Shown here in pieces: positions 1 through 14,177 of a DNA stretch of 64,000 nucleotides. Origin of the DNA: the human T2T-CHM13v2.0 reference genome, Homo sapiens; NCBI RefSeq assembly GCF_009914755.1, contig NC_060935.1. One strand, given 5' to 3'. A program made the translations under genes and the position numbers. The notes under the pieces are model-generated. The model ran no database searches. It was not told the DNA's origin and saw only the letters and a list, made by a program, of their open reading frames with translations. The first letter of the stretch is position 1, and every line of letters begins with the position of its first letter.

Positions 1-865
1 GAGAGGGGGGACATAGCTCCCCCCCTTTTTTTCATTGCAGTTCAAACTAAAATGCTCAGAGACTTCCGGTAGCACTTTCTAATGATGCAGGGTTTATTCT
101 GCTTACCGCGGGTCAGAGACAATCTGACGATGACAGACTTAGAACTGCTTTCAGAATGTGTAAACATGTTCATTGGTTTGAATGGCTCTAAGTGAGTCTT
201 CGGCAGAATCTGTCTGGTTTTGGTATGATATATGTATCTTGGGGAAAATGGGGAGATTTTGCATGCTCTGTATCTTTGACTTTCTTTGAGAAAATACTTG
301 GGAGTCAATGAGTTCACATACCAAAAAAGCCTTATGCAGAATCTAACTGGGTGTGTGTGAAAGGGGGAGCGGCAGAAGTTAGGAAGACTGAAGGACCTCC
401 TTTATGACAGTAAAAAAAAAATCTTTTAAACTTAATTTCAAATGAAACTTTAATGTCAAATGTTCTGGAACTGTCACACATCATTTTGTTAACCTATACC
501 TATTAGGTATAGGTATAGGTCTAGAATGCTGTACAAGACGGGTTAAATGAAGTCTGTGTGTGTCTGGTGAATGCATATGAGTAGTTAGAGATACACCATT
601 CAATACTTGATTTATTTGTGCAGGTTACCTATCATGGTAACCTCTGGCAGGGGCTCATTATTTCATATAAACTAAAAAGGAAAAAACTATGCCTGCAAGA
701 CTGATTGATTTTCTGAATCACTCACAAAGGGCAGCCATGCAGCCCAAACACACTTCATCTCTCAAGTTTTATTTTAGCCTTTTGCCTTACAATGTCTGTC
801 AGTAGGGACAATGGTAGCACCAGAGGCCTGGGGGTAGAGTCGGAGGGATGAAGTTCCGCTGCCCT

Positions 866-1000
866 CTAGCTGTGTGACCTTAGACAAGTTGCTTACCCTC
901 CCTGAGCCTCCATCCTGCCCCCTCGCAAGCTTGTTTTCAGGATAAAGGGATGGGAAAGCCCTGTGTAAATTGCCAAAAGCTGAGTAAATATAAAGTGCTC
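866..1000 (+). mobile_element. MIR fragment
   Basis: ctagctgtgtgaccttagacaagttgcttaccctccctgagcctc resembles the MIR core. Confidence 0.6.
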
Positions 1001-3644
1001 TGGATATTGTTCCATTGTTAAGCAACGGCAATACCATTTATAAATCAGGTTTTGAGTCCATCTCGAGCATTGTTCATGAGAGGGGCCGGAGCCTCCCGGC
1101 AGGCACTCCTTTAAGAGCTGTTATCACGGATTACTCCATCTGCTGCTTGCTAGCCGAAATGCTAAATGGAGTTGTGGGTGTACCTGGGGTCTTTCTTGTT
1201 ACAGTATAGACTCTGAGGGGGTCTAGATGTGTCTCCCCTCCTTTCTCTGAGATAGAAGTGTATTTATAGCCTGGTGTAAGTACAATCAGAAGGTTCCTAT
1301 AAAACTCTGTTATTACTGCAGTACAAAGTTAGAAATGCTTGAGGTTTCGGCTTCTTGGCTCTTCCATGCGGCAATGAATATTTTATGGGAAAGGAAATAC
1401 TTAGTGTCTGACTCTTTTTATAGTGCAGCTACTCACAGTGCTGGTAACCTTCCAAATCTCGCCAAAATCAAAATTGCTGCCTGTCCATCTCTCTACTCCC
1501 TTCTTCACAAAATTGACTGGTGTCCTGCCTCGCTGAGGTGTCCAGATTCTCTTGGTGGACGGGTCCATTTACAAAATGTGGGGGGTGCAGTTTTCAATCC
1601 TAGTGAATGCCCTAAACCAGAGGCGTTGGCTCCTCCCCAGCCCTGCCCCACCCCTGGCACCTTGTGGTGCTGGTCAGCCCCAGCAGGGCCTGCTGGCAGA
1701 GTGCCCACTGGATCTTCCATTGAAGGTCTCCATCTGCCTTTTCTGCCATGCCCCTTTTCTGCATGCCCACTAGCCGCTGAGTGGAGGTGGCCCAACCTCT
1801 CCAAAGTTCACTCTGATCTTGGAATTCAAAAAGCAACAGGTGAGTTTGAGGTCCAACAGGCCCCTGAGGGGCTTTTAAATTTTAAGGCTTGAGCTTCGGC
1901 TGAAGCCCTGGCACAGAGCAGTCATCGGGCTGGTAAGATTTCCCTCTCAGGTCCTCTTCCTGTGGTCCCTTTAGTGACCCCACGCATAAGGCAGGAAAAT
2001 TGGGCCTCAGTGGTCTTGGCCCTGGTTTACTAGATCAGGGACTTTAAGTAGAGGAAATGGGTCTCCTGGCAGGTCAGCATCCATGGAAATTGCTCCCCTG
2101 GTGGCCCAAGGGCATTGTGGCACAGGTGTTCCACTGGGTTGGCCCCATGGTCCTCAGAGACCTATTACGACTATAGCAGGACCGCAGACTAGGCTGATGG
2201 CCAGATTACAGTGTCAAAGAACACCTTTCTCAGGCAGCTATCCCTCATGGATCTCCTTAGAGGCCCCCACAGGCTAGTGAAATGTTGACATCTCCCATGG
2301 AGGTGGGCTCAGTGGCCTCGTCTTTTTACCAGTACCCAAAAAGCCCAGAGTGGAGAGCTTGGCAGGTGTGAAGTGTGGCTCCTGAGATGCACGGGAGCAC
2401 AGCTGGTTGTGTCTCAACACTGGATCGTGACAGTTTTTCTTAGCATGGGCAGGGCTGTGAAAAATGCTTAACATAATCTGAATGTGGGCTCCACACTTAA
2501 TTTAGTAGGACTCTGCGAGCTCACCAGCATCATTGCATTTGCCTTCTGCTCTGCCCCTGGTGTTTGTCTTGGCGCCAAAGTAGGTAAAGGGAAAAAATGA
2601 TTTGCAAACCTCTGGCAGCTTTGGTTTGATCTCCCAACTCTGGTTGCATTGCTGCCAAACAGAGCTGTATTTTCACATGACAGCTTCGTACTGGGCCTTT
2701 TCTTTCTTTCTTTCTTTTTTCTTTTCTACTTTTTGGTATCCAAACTTGGTGGTAGCAGAAGGCAAGGTGGGGAATAGAGAGCTTTTGGTATCACAGGCTT
2801 AGAAGCTCATTTGTCTCTTAAGATGTGAGGGTAAGGAAAGGGCTAGTTATTATTTTTGATAAATGGGAATGGGGTCAGCCAATGGCTTACTGGAGAAACT
2901 AGATATAGCCCTTTATACTTAGGACTGACCACACAGTTGAAATTAATTAGCACAGTTGAAGTAATTAGCACAGTTAAAATTTAGGGTTCCTATGACCATG
3001 AAGTTGATGGGTGGGAGATAGGTAAGGCTCGAAGAACTGAAAATCCTCAAATGTGCTAAAAGCTTCATTATTGGTCCTTATTCATATTTTAACTCACCCT
3101 CCTCATCTGTGAAGTCATTTTTTTTAAACAATGAAAATGGATAAAAGAAATGGAACCAGAGAGAGAAGCAAGAGAGAAAAACTTTAATTAAGTGCCTATT
3201 GTATGATAGACACTGCTGTGTTCTTTTAAATAAATACCTTTCAGATTAATTCCAAAGCTAAGATTTAGCAATTCCCTGGTTCTGGGATTATTTGGCCCTA
3301 GGATCAGATAAGCCACCAGTATTCACTGAGTCATTCAGACTCCAGAGTTGCGCCAGATCCCATGGAAGATGCAAGAATGCATATAGGCTGTAGTTCCTTC
3401 TCTTGGGGGTTGAGATCACACAGCTGTATACCCATGTGTGCACACACAGAGACAGATACAGCTAGTGGATCATGCCGGGGGGAACTATACATTCCAGTGC
3501 TCCAGAAATTCCTGGCATACTGTGCCTGGGGTATTAGGAAGGTGACTTGTGAGTCCCTCCGTGGGACACTCCACCTCCTTATGGCAGCTTGTGGCTGCCA
3601 TGATGAAATGAAACACCCACTCCTGAAGATGTACAATTTGTGAG

Positions 3645-4107
3645 TGTGGTAGACAAAATAGTGACTCCCTAAAGATGTCATCCTAGTCTCTGTAACCCAT
3701 GAGTATGTTAGATTACATGGCAAAGGAATGACTTAAGGCTATTTACCAGCTGAGTTTAAGATAGAGAAATTATGCTGGGTTATCCACCTGGGTCCATTGT
3801 AACCAACATAACCTCAACGGTCTTTAAATGTGGAAGAGGGAGGCAGAAGAGTCAGTGTCAGTGTCAGAGTCAGAGGAGGAGTGAGCCATGGGCCCAGGAA
3901 TGAGAGCAGCCTCTAGACACTGAACAAGGTAGGGGGACAGTCTCTCCTTGACCCTCCAGAAGCCACAAAGCCCTGCCAGCACCTTGATTTTAGCCTAGCG
4001 AGACCCATTTTGAACTCCTTCCCTACAGAACTATAAGATACATTTGTGCCATTTTAAGCCACTCAGTTTATCGTAATTTGTTATGGCAACAAAAGGGAAC
4101 TAATATA
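3645..4107 (+). mobile_element. MaLR solo LTR, MLT1D-like
   Basis: Starts TGTGGTAGACAAAATAGTG...AAAGATGTC, ends ...GAACTAATATA. Perfect 5-bp TSD GTGAG (3640-3644 and 4108-4112). Confidence 0.88.
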
Positions 4108-4796
4108 GTGAGGCAGAAGAAATCTGAGTGGCTCATCCTTGGGCAAATGGGAGCCAGTGCTGATCCTTTTACTGTTCTCGGGTGCTCTTGCAACAGGAAG
4201 TGACTTGCAGAAGTCCTTTTTTATCTGAAATGCCAGGGAGGATGGACTCTTATTCAGCCTAGCTTCTATTCAGCTCAAAGGAAAGAACATCTGCCTTTTT
4301 CCCACATCTTCTCTGTACCCCTCACTTCCTTCTTGTGGGGGAGATTCCTTTTCTTCGGTGAGTTCCCTTTGCGGTGTGGAATCTCGTGGCAAGGGCTCTG
4401 AGTAAAGGAGGAGGGTTGCATGGAATGCCATTGAATTCATTAGGCTTGGACTCTAGCAGGAATGTTGCCTGGGGTGCTGATGTCCTTCTCAACCTTCCTT
4501 TGCTGGAGTCCTTCTTGTAACTTGTCTTCCTTTTGTGAACAACCTGGGTGTAGTTTTTAAAATAAGCGAATTCTCCTAGAAGTGTTAAAAATGAGCCTTC
4601 AAGTACTATCTCGGCATTTTGCAAAGGTTAAAGCCCCCACTGTTTGGGGGCTGAGGGTGCTCTATGGGGGGCCACCCAAAAGCAACTGTGGAAACAGAGT
4701 CTGGCTTCAGTCTCTCCAGATGTTGTGCACATAAGGGAGGGACTCTTGAGCTCATAGATCACAGATCTGTCCACAGGCTGTCAGTAGGAAAGAGCA

Positions 4797-4885
4797 TCTT
4801 ATTTTACAGATGGGGAAACTGAGGCCTAGAGAGCATAAGTGGTTCATGCAAGATCTTACAGAGAGTTTGTGAGAGTCTGAGAGCT
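4797..4885 (-). mobile_element. MIR fragment
   Basis: ttttacagatggggaaactgaggc is the reverse-strand MIR core. Confidence 0.65.
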
Positions 4886-6984
4886 GTTCCCCCTACTATT
4901 GCAACATTTGGAATGTTCTGAGGTTCTTACCTTCTATTATCAGTTTGAGGGCTGTAGATGAGTTGTGGTAGCTACAGAGATGAGCTTTCCAGTGTGCCCC
5001 CACCAAGAGATGAATGAAAGTCATCATCGGGCAGATCACTGCCTACTAAAAGGGGTGGGTTTTTTTGGGGGGAGGTTTTACTCTTCGTCACAGAACTTGA
5101 GAATATTTCTACTGAGGATGACTTTGTCTTTGGGGCTTCCATTTTATTTTTAAGATTCAAGTGTAGTTTTAACTGCAGGGCATTAGCTCCCTTGTAGGTC
5201 ACCTCGTGCTGTCTCTGGGGTTTATGACTGAGCTCTCATTCCTTAGTCACATGTCCTATACTCACACTTCCTATCCCATTTTCCTGCCTCACCAAGATCA
5301 CCACAATGATCCCAGGTTCTATATAGCATTTCTTTTCTGGAGGTCTTTAAAAATATTCTGGGAGATCTGTCTGGAATGCTTGAGTACATTCATTTATTCC
5401 TGTATGCATAGAGGGCCCAGGGACCTCCCAGGCTCTCTGAGCCCTCTGATTCTTAGAGGGTTAAACTATTATGGAAACAGACATTGCATCTGTGTCTTCT
5501 CTTGTTTCCTGCATGCAGCAGTGACCTTTGGAGTACATTGTTCAGGAGACCGACCCTTTTCTACCATTTGAAGTCTGCTATTCTCATCTCTCTACCAAAA
5601 GAGAAACTAAACTTCATTGTGATGATTAAGGTCACAGCCAACAGCAGTTAAAGAAGCCGTTGGTCTTCCCACTCATACTGCTGCCCTCTCCCTAGCTCTC
5701 AGGAGGAAGAGCTCTCCAAAATGGAAGTGTCTTGGGAAAGAAATGGAAGTGGAAAGAGAAAGATGAAAAGGCCACCAATGGCACTTCCCGTGTCTCAGCC
5801 TCACCAGAGAAGGAACTTGGCCACACACTGGTTGGGTATACCAAAGTGACACAATGTGGATGTTCCAGTGGCAATTAAGTATTTATATGACTAGACTTGA
5901 GGAGTTCCAGGCCATGACACTTCCAAATCCTTCCAGCCCGCTTGTGGAGAGAGGCCCGGAGGCTTCCAGCGAGACAATTAGAGTGTGAATTAGATTGTGT
6001 CTTCTGGAAGGGAGATGAAGTTACCTGCCTACTCTATTACAGTTTATTTCATTAAGGTTGACCATGCCCTTTTTTTTGGGCAGAGGGAATAGGATGGATT
6101 CTCTGGAGAAAACAGTGTAGCAAGGCAATGGAGAAATGTCCACACTGGAGTAAGGGGCTTTCTGGGACCTGGATGGAGTCTCCTTCCTCCCCTAGGGAAT
6201 AGGACAGAGGTGGGAAAGGTGCTGCCTGACTGCTCTGTGCACATCTGCATGTTGGTGATGAGTGTGGCCAGCCCCATGCTGTGCATCGGTGAGAGGACCG
6301 CTCAGGCAGGTGTTGCTGTGCTGGCAGCTTCTTAGGAAGGCAAGGAGCAAGGCGTGGGCTGTGGGGCCCTTGGGGCAGAGCCTGTCATGGAGTGGGATGA
6401 AAGGGTGCACGGGACCTGTTGGCAGCCCCAGCGGCCAGGCTCTGTTCCCAAGTTGGAGAGAGAGGCAAGTGGTGAGGGAGGGCAGGAGGACCAGTCATGG
6501 GTTTAATGCAAAATGACAGTTACGGGGGTTGCCATTTTAGAGTAAAACAGGCCATGTGACTGAAGAGCAGGTAGCATTCATATTATTCATATTTCGAGCT
6601 TGGTAGATGTAGAATTTTGCAGTGGAGGCCAGGAGAGGATGTGAGAGCTGCAGGACAGAGGCATAGGTTTTTGGAGGTGGTTGTGGTGTTCCCCGATGGC
6701 AATCAACTTCACGGAGAGAAGAGGTTATTTTCTACTTAGGTTGCCTGGAGCCTACATTCCAAACTTTTAGTCCTCTTCATCTAGCACTAAGTTTTGCATC
6801 TCCCTTATTCCTGTCATACATTATTAGTGTGCACTGTTTTAAAGTCTTTTACATACATGTGTCTTGCATTCCCTACTTAATTGTCAGCTCCTTGAAGGCA
6901 TTGCCTGTGTATTATGTTTCTTTGAATCTCTCTGTGGTGGCTAATGCTCTGCCCTGCATTTAGTAGGCAATAAGTTTGTGTTGA

Positions 6985-7465
<481 letters not shown>

Positions 7466-7974
7466 TGAGGATTTGTACAATGCAAGTCTTGAGATGCAAA
7501 TGGACATCTAGGAACAGAGGAATTGCTGGAGCATGGAGACCACACTTCTGAAGATGGAAGGAGACCCTTCTCCAGGCTGTCGCTTTTGATTTGCGGTTTT
7601 CCCATTGCCAGTTGCTCACACTGATCCCCAGTCCTGAAGGGGATGGGGGCTGCCGCTAATTCCCTGGCATCTCATGACTTCCTGTTTTCCTCCAGTTATT
7701 ATTTTTATTGTACTTCCTTCCTGCTTCTTCACTCTCCGGCTTCGCCAGTTTGTTCCGTGTGATCATTTCAGCTTTATTTGGAAACTGGAAGCCTCATTTT
7801 ACTATAATAGTTTCTTGACGATTTTCTAAATGAAACTTGCATACTTCATCTGCTCCCCCACTGCTCAGATATTAAACAAATATCTCTAAGAGGTTTCCTT
7901 CTCCCCCCCCAAAGACCAGCAGTTTGCTCAAACAGATGGCGAGAGATGGCGTGTGTGGGTATGTGCCCGCGGTC

Positions 7975-7977
<3 letters not shown>

Positions 7978-8013
<36 letters not shown>
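7978..8013 (+). repeat. (GT)18 microsatellite
   Basis: Direct read. Confidence 0.97.
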
Positions 8014-8015
<2 letters not shown>

Positions 8016-9864
8016 TAGAGGATTCTTATGGAAGGTGCCAGTTTCTGCAGCATCTTCTTGCCTTTTTGGCATCCAACTACGGAGCAAGACAGAGCCTCCT
8101 GGCAAGTGACCAAACAGAGTGAGTGTCCGGAAGGCCCGTCACCCTGATATTCACGCAAAGAATCTGTTTCTCTGTGAATGGGCGGCTGTGGAGGAGGCCG
8201 GGGGAGCAAGTGGCTGGCCAGCCTCCAAGGCCAGATGTTCTGTAGTACCATATGTCAGGATAGGAAGGACGGCACCGAGGGCTCCTAGAGCGTGTCAGAC
8301 CTCAGCTCTTGAACTCTGTAATCCTCATGCCCCCTTCCGTCCTCGGTCAAGAACGAACAATGCTTCCCTCTTTGTCTGCTTTTCAACCCCACCTCTTTTC
8401 TCCATTAGCTTTCTGGTCTAAACTCATTATTGAGACCCCTCCACAACATTCACCTTGCCTCTCCTTTGCCTGGCCCCAGGCTGGCTGCCCCTTTTTCTGG
8501 AATGATGCTGTTTTGGTGCCTGTTTCCCTCTCATCTGAAACAACCACCTCCTCTTCTATGTCTGCTGCCTCCTTGGTATCTTCTAAGCCCAGGCATGAGC
8601 CCCCCTCCTTGGGGAGGCCTGAGCTTTTGATTCCCACTCAGGCTGGGTGTTGAGATTGTCCTCAGGACCTGACGTGCACATGTAAGTACTGGTTTCTCTT
8701 ATAGTGTGTATTGTCTTCCCTCTTCAACTAAAGCTTTAGGAGGGTAGATTGGTGTCTTATGCTTTGGTTGTATCCTTCACTATGCCAAATAAATACCTAT
8801 CAATCAATCAGTCAATGGATTCTCAACTTGCCTAGGCCCAGAACAGAGGAGACCTGTCTCCTAGCCATGTTGAGTTGGTAGCCAGTGCAGGGTGCTGAAG
8901 GAAAGAAGTGTAGCTCCTCGGCTGCCCATTCTTGCTGCCATCTGCATTCTGATGAGTAGAGGATGGCATGTTTAGTTGGTTGGAGGTAACGAACAGAAGC
9001 AACAGCTCTTTTGAGTTCCCTGCTGTGGTAACTCTTACTCCGTGGAGTCACTCAGGCACCTGTGCTCGGGAGTAGATGGAGATAGGAGGTTTGTTCCAGT
9101 CTCTCTTTTCTTGTACCTTCCTAGGGAATAGCAATGTCCTGTAGATGTGTGACAGTGATACCATGTTGGCATTTTGTTCTGGAAGGCTGACCTAACTACT
9201 GTCTTTGGAAACATTCTCCTTCTCAATTTAGAATTTGGGCCCTTTTCTCTGTCTGTCTCCTTCCATGGTCCCTGCCCACGCTGAGCCTCCCACGCCCAGC
9301 CAGCTCCATTGTTTCAAGAAGGGCTTTGGGGCTGCTTGATGACTGCAGCACTGGGACCAAAGTCCTCAGCATCAGTCTCAGGACTCCGCATCATCAGCCC
9401 ACTCTACCGCCTCCGCAGGCTCCTCGCCGCTGTCTTCACCACCTGCCCACTGTGGATAAGCCAGGCCAGCCTCCTGAAGGCTTGCCCGGCGGGGTATGCT
9501 CATTTCTAACACCAAGTCTTGGCTCATGTGATGCCTCCATCACACGGTGCTCCCCGTCTCATCCAAGGCTTTTCCATTCTTAACATTTCCAAACATGGGT
9601 AGCTAGAACCCTTCGGAGCTTCCAGAGCCCCCGAAAGGACCAACTGAATCTCACCATATCCTCAGACCGTCTGCAGTGACAGCAGCTACTGTTGATCTGC
9701 TCCTCTTCTGCACACCCATAGTGATTTGTTGACATATTGGCACATCACCACATCCTCCTCTGTCTCTTTCTCCATCTCTGTCTTGTTGTCCACTAGGTTA
9801 TGGACTGGCCAGGGACAGGGGCCTTTCTCTTCTTTAGTCTTACACTAGCTACACACTTATCATA

Positions 9865-10262
9865 AAGACATTATGTTCTCAGTGTTGTGCTAAGTTGTTT
9901 TACATGCACAGTCTCATTTATGTACCTTCGCAGGTAACAGTATTGTTAGTCTGCTTGACAGATGAGAAAACTGAGACTTGGAGGATCCCAAAGTCTTAGA
10001 GCCTAGCAAGTTGTAGATCTGGAATTGGCAGACAGGGCTTGTGTCAGCCTAAGTTCTTAAACTTCCCGTTCTACTAACTAGTGGTATCAGGCTCTGCCAC
10101 TTACAAGCTTAACGACCCTGGGTGAGTTGTTTATTTCCTTGTGCCTCAGAAAGAAATAGAAATAAAAATACCCGCTTCATAGAGTTGTCCTGAGGATCGA
10201 ATGAGATAAGGCATGAAAATGCGCAGAATAGTGCCTGGCACATAGTAAGTGCTCACATATGT
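9865..10262. mobile_element. Two adjacent, oppositely oriented MIRs (- about 9865-10070; + about 10088-10262)
   Basis: gacagatgagaaaactgagac on the minus copy. ggctctgccacttac...gtgcctcag...agtgcctggcacatagtaagtgctca on the plus copy. Confidence 0.7.
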
Positions 10263-12525
10263 CTTGTACAGATTTGCTTCTAATTCTTCTTCATCACCAA
10301 TATCATCTAAACGTTGTTGGTATTACAGTTATCACTTTTCGTGTCTCTGACATCATTTTAGCACCTGAGATGATGTTATGCTCTTGGCTTGTGCTCAGGA
10401 AATGCTTAATGAATGACTGAAAAGGCACTTGGGCTTCTGGAGGTGACTTGGTGACAAATGCTCAGTGTGATGTTGTCTTTGTGGCAGATGCTCATTATGA
10501 GGTTGTCTTTGCCTATATTCAGGCTTGGCAGGTTCTTGTGGCAGCGGCGGTTAAGGATTAAGGCATTGTGTGGAGTATGGTGGGGGCTGCAGCCGACAAC
10601 CTTCCTGTTGCCTAAAAACTTTTTCTCCTTCCCACCCCCTTCCCCAGTAGCTCTATGCCCTGCCAAGTCTGTGCACAAGCCTTGAAATGACAAAGTACCC
10701 TTTAGTTAATTGCACAACGGATTGCCTAGAGTTAAAAGTTCTGATTTATATGACTATAGCTCTAACTGCTCAATAACACAGGCCTGTAATCTACCTTCAT
10801 TTCAAACAGAACGGTGATTTATAGGGCAGCATGCCGCTTTAGCTCAGAAATGAGGTGTTCAACATATGCGCTGTTGACATAAATTTGGAATTTATCGCTG
10901 TTGTCAAAACTGCCTGTTGGACAAAGGTGGGTATTAAGGCAATAAATGGCTCAGAATAGTTTTCTGTCACATTTCCTAACCATTGTATTCAGTCTATTTG
11001 AGGGAAAAATATATACTTAAAAGTAATCAAATGTCCAAAATCCATGCATCTTGTTTTGAATGGTGGGAAGGGAGGATGTAGGGAGGATGGAGGAGCATGG
11101 GGCCTTGGGGAGGGGGAGCTGGGGGGATTGTGGAGGAGAAAGCTTTTCATGAAGTTATGGCCCGTTTAAAAAAGATTCCACTCTGCCTCCTCCCCCATCC
11201 CCATCGGGAGGTGGGCTTTCCTTTCTCATTTACAAAAACGGGGAGGAAAAATGAAAGCTCATTAAATAAAAATAGTAAAGGACATTTTTATGTGTGGGCT
11301 TAAAACCAGCAATGTCAGGGAGGAGTTAGTGAGTGGGGCTGTGAGGGAGGCAGAACAGGATTTTGTTTATGGGGAAATAAAGCCCCTGGCCAGCGTTGGT
11401 TTCTCTGCTGCCTTGGTGAGCGTGGGCTTGCTCCCACCTACTCTCCCAGGTTCCGAGGCTCCTGTGCACACGGTGAATGTGTGCTGGCTGATGAGGGTGA
11501 GGAGCGGTGGGTACCCGGCTCTAAGCAATATGTTCTACTCCATCCAAATCCCGATTGATTTATTACCCACTGTACAGCCAAGATGCATCCACCCCTCATC
11601 CATCCACTAATGCTGTGCCCTTTGCAAGGCTTGAGAATACAAGATGAATGAGGCAAAGCCCTGTCTTCATGTAGCTGCCCATCCAGCTGGAGAGACAGAG
11701 AAACAAGCAGATGCACCCTAGTGAGTACATCTGCTCCAACAGAAACACACTTAAAAGACAGAGGCTGGGGGGGAAAGGGGGTCAGCTTTGAGAGGGGACA
11801 GAGGGGAGCTACTGGGGAAGGCTTCTAGGGATGGTACTGACCCTCTTGCCTAGTGAAATGTCCTTTTGGAAGTATCAGGTTCCTGCAGGGAGATTACACA
11901 AAAATGTAGAAAAAATACGCTAGTGACAGGTCCTCCCTCCATCCCAGATGTGTGATGTTGTGGTCAGGTGATCACTGATGTGTGTCAGTGTATTGTAAGA
12001 GTGGGGCCAACGTCCTTGTGCATTGAGGCTCCAGCCTCTCTTCTCCTCCATGCCATGGACCGTCGCTGCATCATCTAAGCACAGGGCACCCAGGCGGGTA
12101 GCACAGGTGGCTTAGCAAATGCAGTCAGAGTCAAGGTTAAGAATCGATCTCTTCATTCTGTTTCAAGATTACATAGCATGCAGTATGTTGTTGGGTATTG
12201 TGTTGCACCGTGAGACTGAAAGTGTGGATGTTTCCAGAGAGCCGCTGCTTGGCCTCTGTGCTCGTTGGGCCTCGAGTCACTGGTATTATGCATTTCCTGT
12301 GTGCTCGGGAGCCTTGCGTGTAAGGAGCAAGAGGAGCACGCAAGCTGCCTGGTGCTTTTCCCCATGAAAATGAGGCCCAGCAGGGAAGAGGATTCGTATT
12401 TGTTGCTTTTATTTTATTTTTCCTTTTATCTCCATGCCCACACGCTTGGACCGTCTCAGCATTGATAAATGTGTGCTCTCACAAACATGCACACAATCCC
12501 CTTTCTCTGGCCTGTGTGTTTGCCA

Positions 12526-12526
<1 letters not shown>

Positions 12527-12562
<36 letters not shown>
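12527..12562 (+). repeat. (AC)18 microsatellite
   Basis: Direct read. Confidence 0.97.
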
Positions 12563-12564
<2 letters not shown>

Positions 12565-13531
12565 CCACGCACACTGGGCATGGACACCAATTGTAAACCT
12601 CGTCTGTGTGGCTCACCCTCCTTTTGCCACCAACCCCTGTCCTTTTCACACAAAGCTCCCTGTTGGGAAAACTCATAATTTTCACACCACACAGCCTTGA
12701 CTGGCCATTGCTGGAATTACTGTCTCTTTGAAGTGCTTTCTACTGGGGCATTTACAGGCCGTTTTAATTACCTGCAGCTTGCAAAGGGCCTTGCTCTGTC
12801 CCAGCCTTTGTTTGTTTGTTCTTTGCAAGGAGTCTGTGTAGAAAGGAATACGGCTGACTTCTTTTACAAAAAAGAAAAGGGGGTAGAAAAAGAAGTTTGG
12901 GGAGCCCTTAACAGAGCTTCTTGCCGCAGCCTGCTGTGGGACACCATGCCCACTCTAACAAGGCCAGGAAGAGAGGCTCTCGCCCTTGGCTGTCTTCTCA
13001 GCAGGTTCCAGCACCGTGGGTCCCACTCCTGGAGCTTGCCTGGGATATTTTTGTTCATGCGTTTATGTTTTAATTATTATTAAGTATATTTTCAAGCTTT
13101 CTACCAGAGACAGCAAGGGCTGTCAAATCATGTTTCCCTCACTGTTGACCAAATCAAAGCTGGCTTCAGTTGAGCTGGGATCCCTCTTATATTTTCAACT
13201 AAATCTGTTCAAGGAAGGTGCATTATTAAATTATTGAGTTTAGACGTGGGCTGGAGGGTAGGGGTTGAAATCACATATGTGAAAGGAGTGCCCACTTTGA
13301 GCTGTCTGGTGTTTTTCTTTCCTTTTCTTCATTTTTCACTTGATTCTCTAAAAGGAACTACATATAAATAGCATTCTTTGGGGTTTCTGTTAAATATGAG
13401 TGTAGCATGTCATGTCTGCAGATGAAGATGCTAGTTTACCAAAGAAGCCTCAGAACTGTATCCCCTTTTTGGGGGGCTTTTACAGCAGAGGAAATCTTTA
13501 TTCATTTATTCACTTAGTCCAAAAATGTATT

Positions 13532-14177
13532 GAGAAATTGGAAACCTCATACATTGCTGATGGGAATGTAAAATGGTATAGCTGCTTTGGAAAACAGTCT
13601 GGCAGTTCCTTAAAAGGTTAAACATAGAGTTACCATATGAGCTGGCAATTCCACTCCTAGGTATATACCCAAGAGAAGTGAAAACATATGTCCACACATA
13701 AAACTTATACACAAATGTTCATAGCAGCATTATTCGTAATAGCCAAAAGGTCAAAACAACCAAATGTCCATCAGCTGATGAATGGATAAACAAAGTATGG
13801 TATATCCCTACAGAGGAACAAAGTACTGATACAAGCTATGATAGGAATGAAGCTTGAAAACATGCTGTGTGAGAGAAGCCAGACCCCAAAGGGTGCATAT
13901 TGTATGATACCATTTATATGAAATGTTCAAAATAGGCAAATCTGTAGAGGAAGATAGTACATATGTGGTTGCCAAAGGCTGGGGGTTGAGGGGAGGAATG
14001 GAGAGTGACTGCTAATGAGTACGAGGTTTCTTTTCAGGGTGATGAAAATATTCTGGAATTTGATAGTGATGATGGTTGCACAGTTCTATGAATATGCTAC
14101 AAACCAGTGAATGGTATACTTGACAAGGATAAATTTTGTGGTACGTGGAAAATACCTCAGTAAAGCTATTTAGAAAA
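13532..14177 (+). mobile_element. Old L1 3' end (L1MB-like) inserted into a minus-strand L2 tail
   Basis: cattgctgatgggaatgtaaaatggta...gcaattccactcctaggtatatacccaagaga...aataggcaaatct...taaagctatt. L2 tail at 13498-13531 continues after 14186. Degenerate TSD AAAAATGTATTGA / AAAAGTGTACTGA. Confidence 0.88.

Noticed and set aside
1335-1892. 185-aa ORF
   Set aside because: Non-ATG start, no recognisable domain, intronic. ORFs of this length arise by chance in 64 kb.
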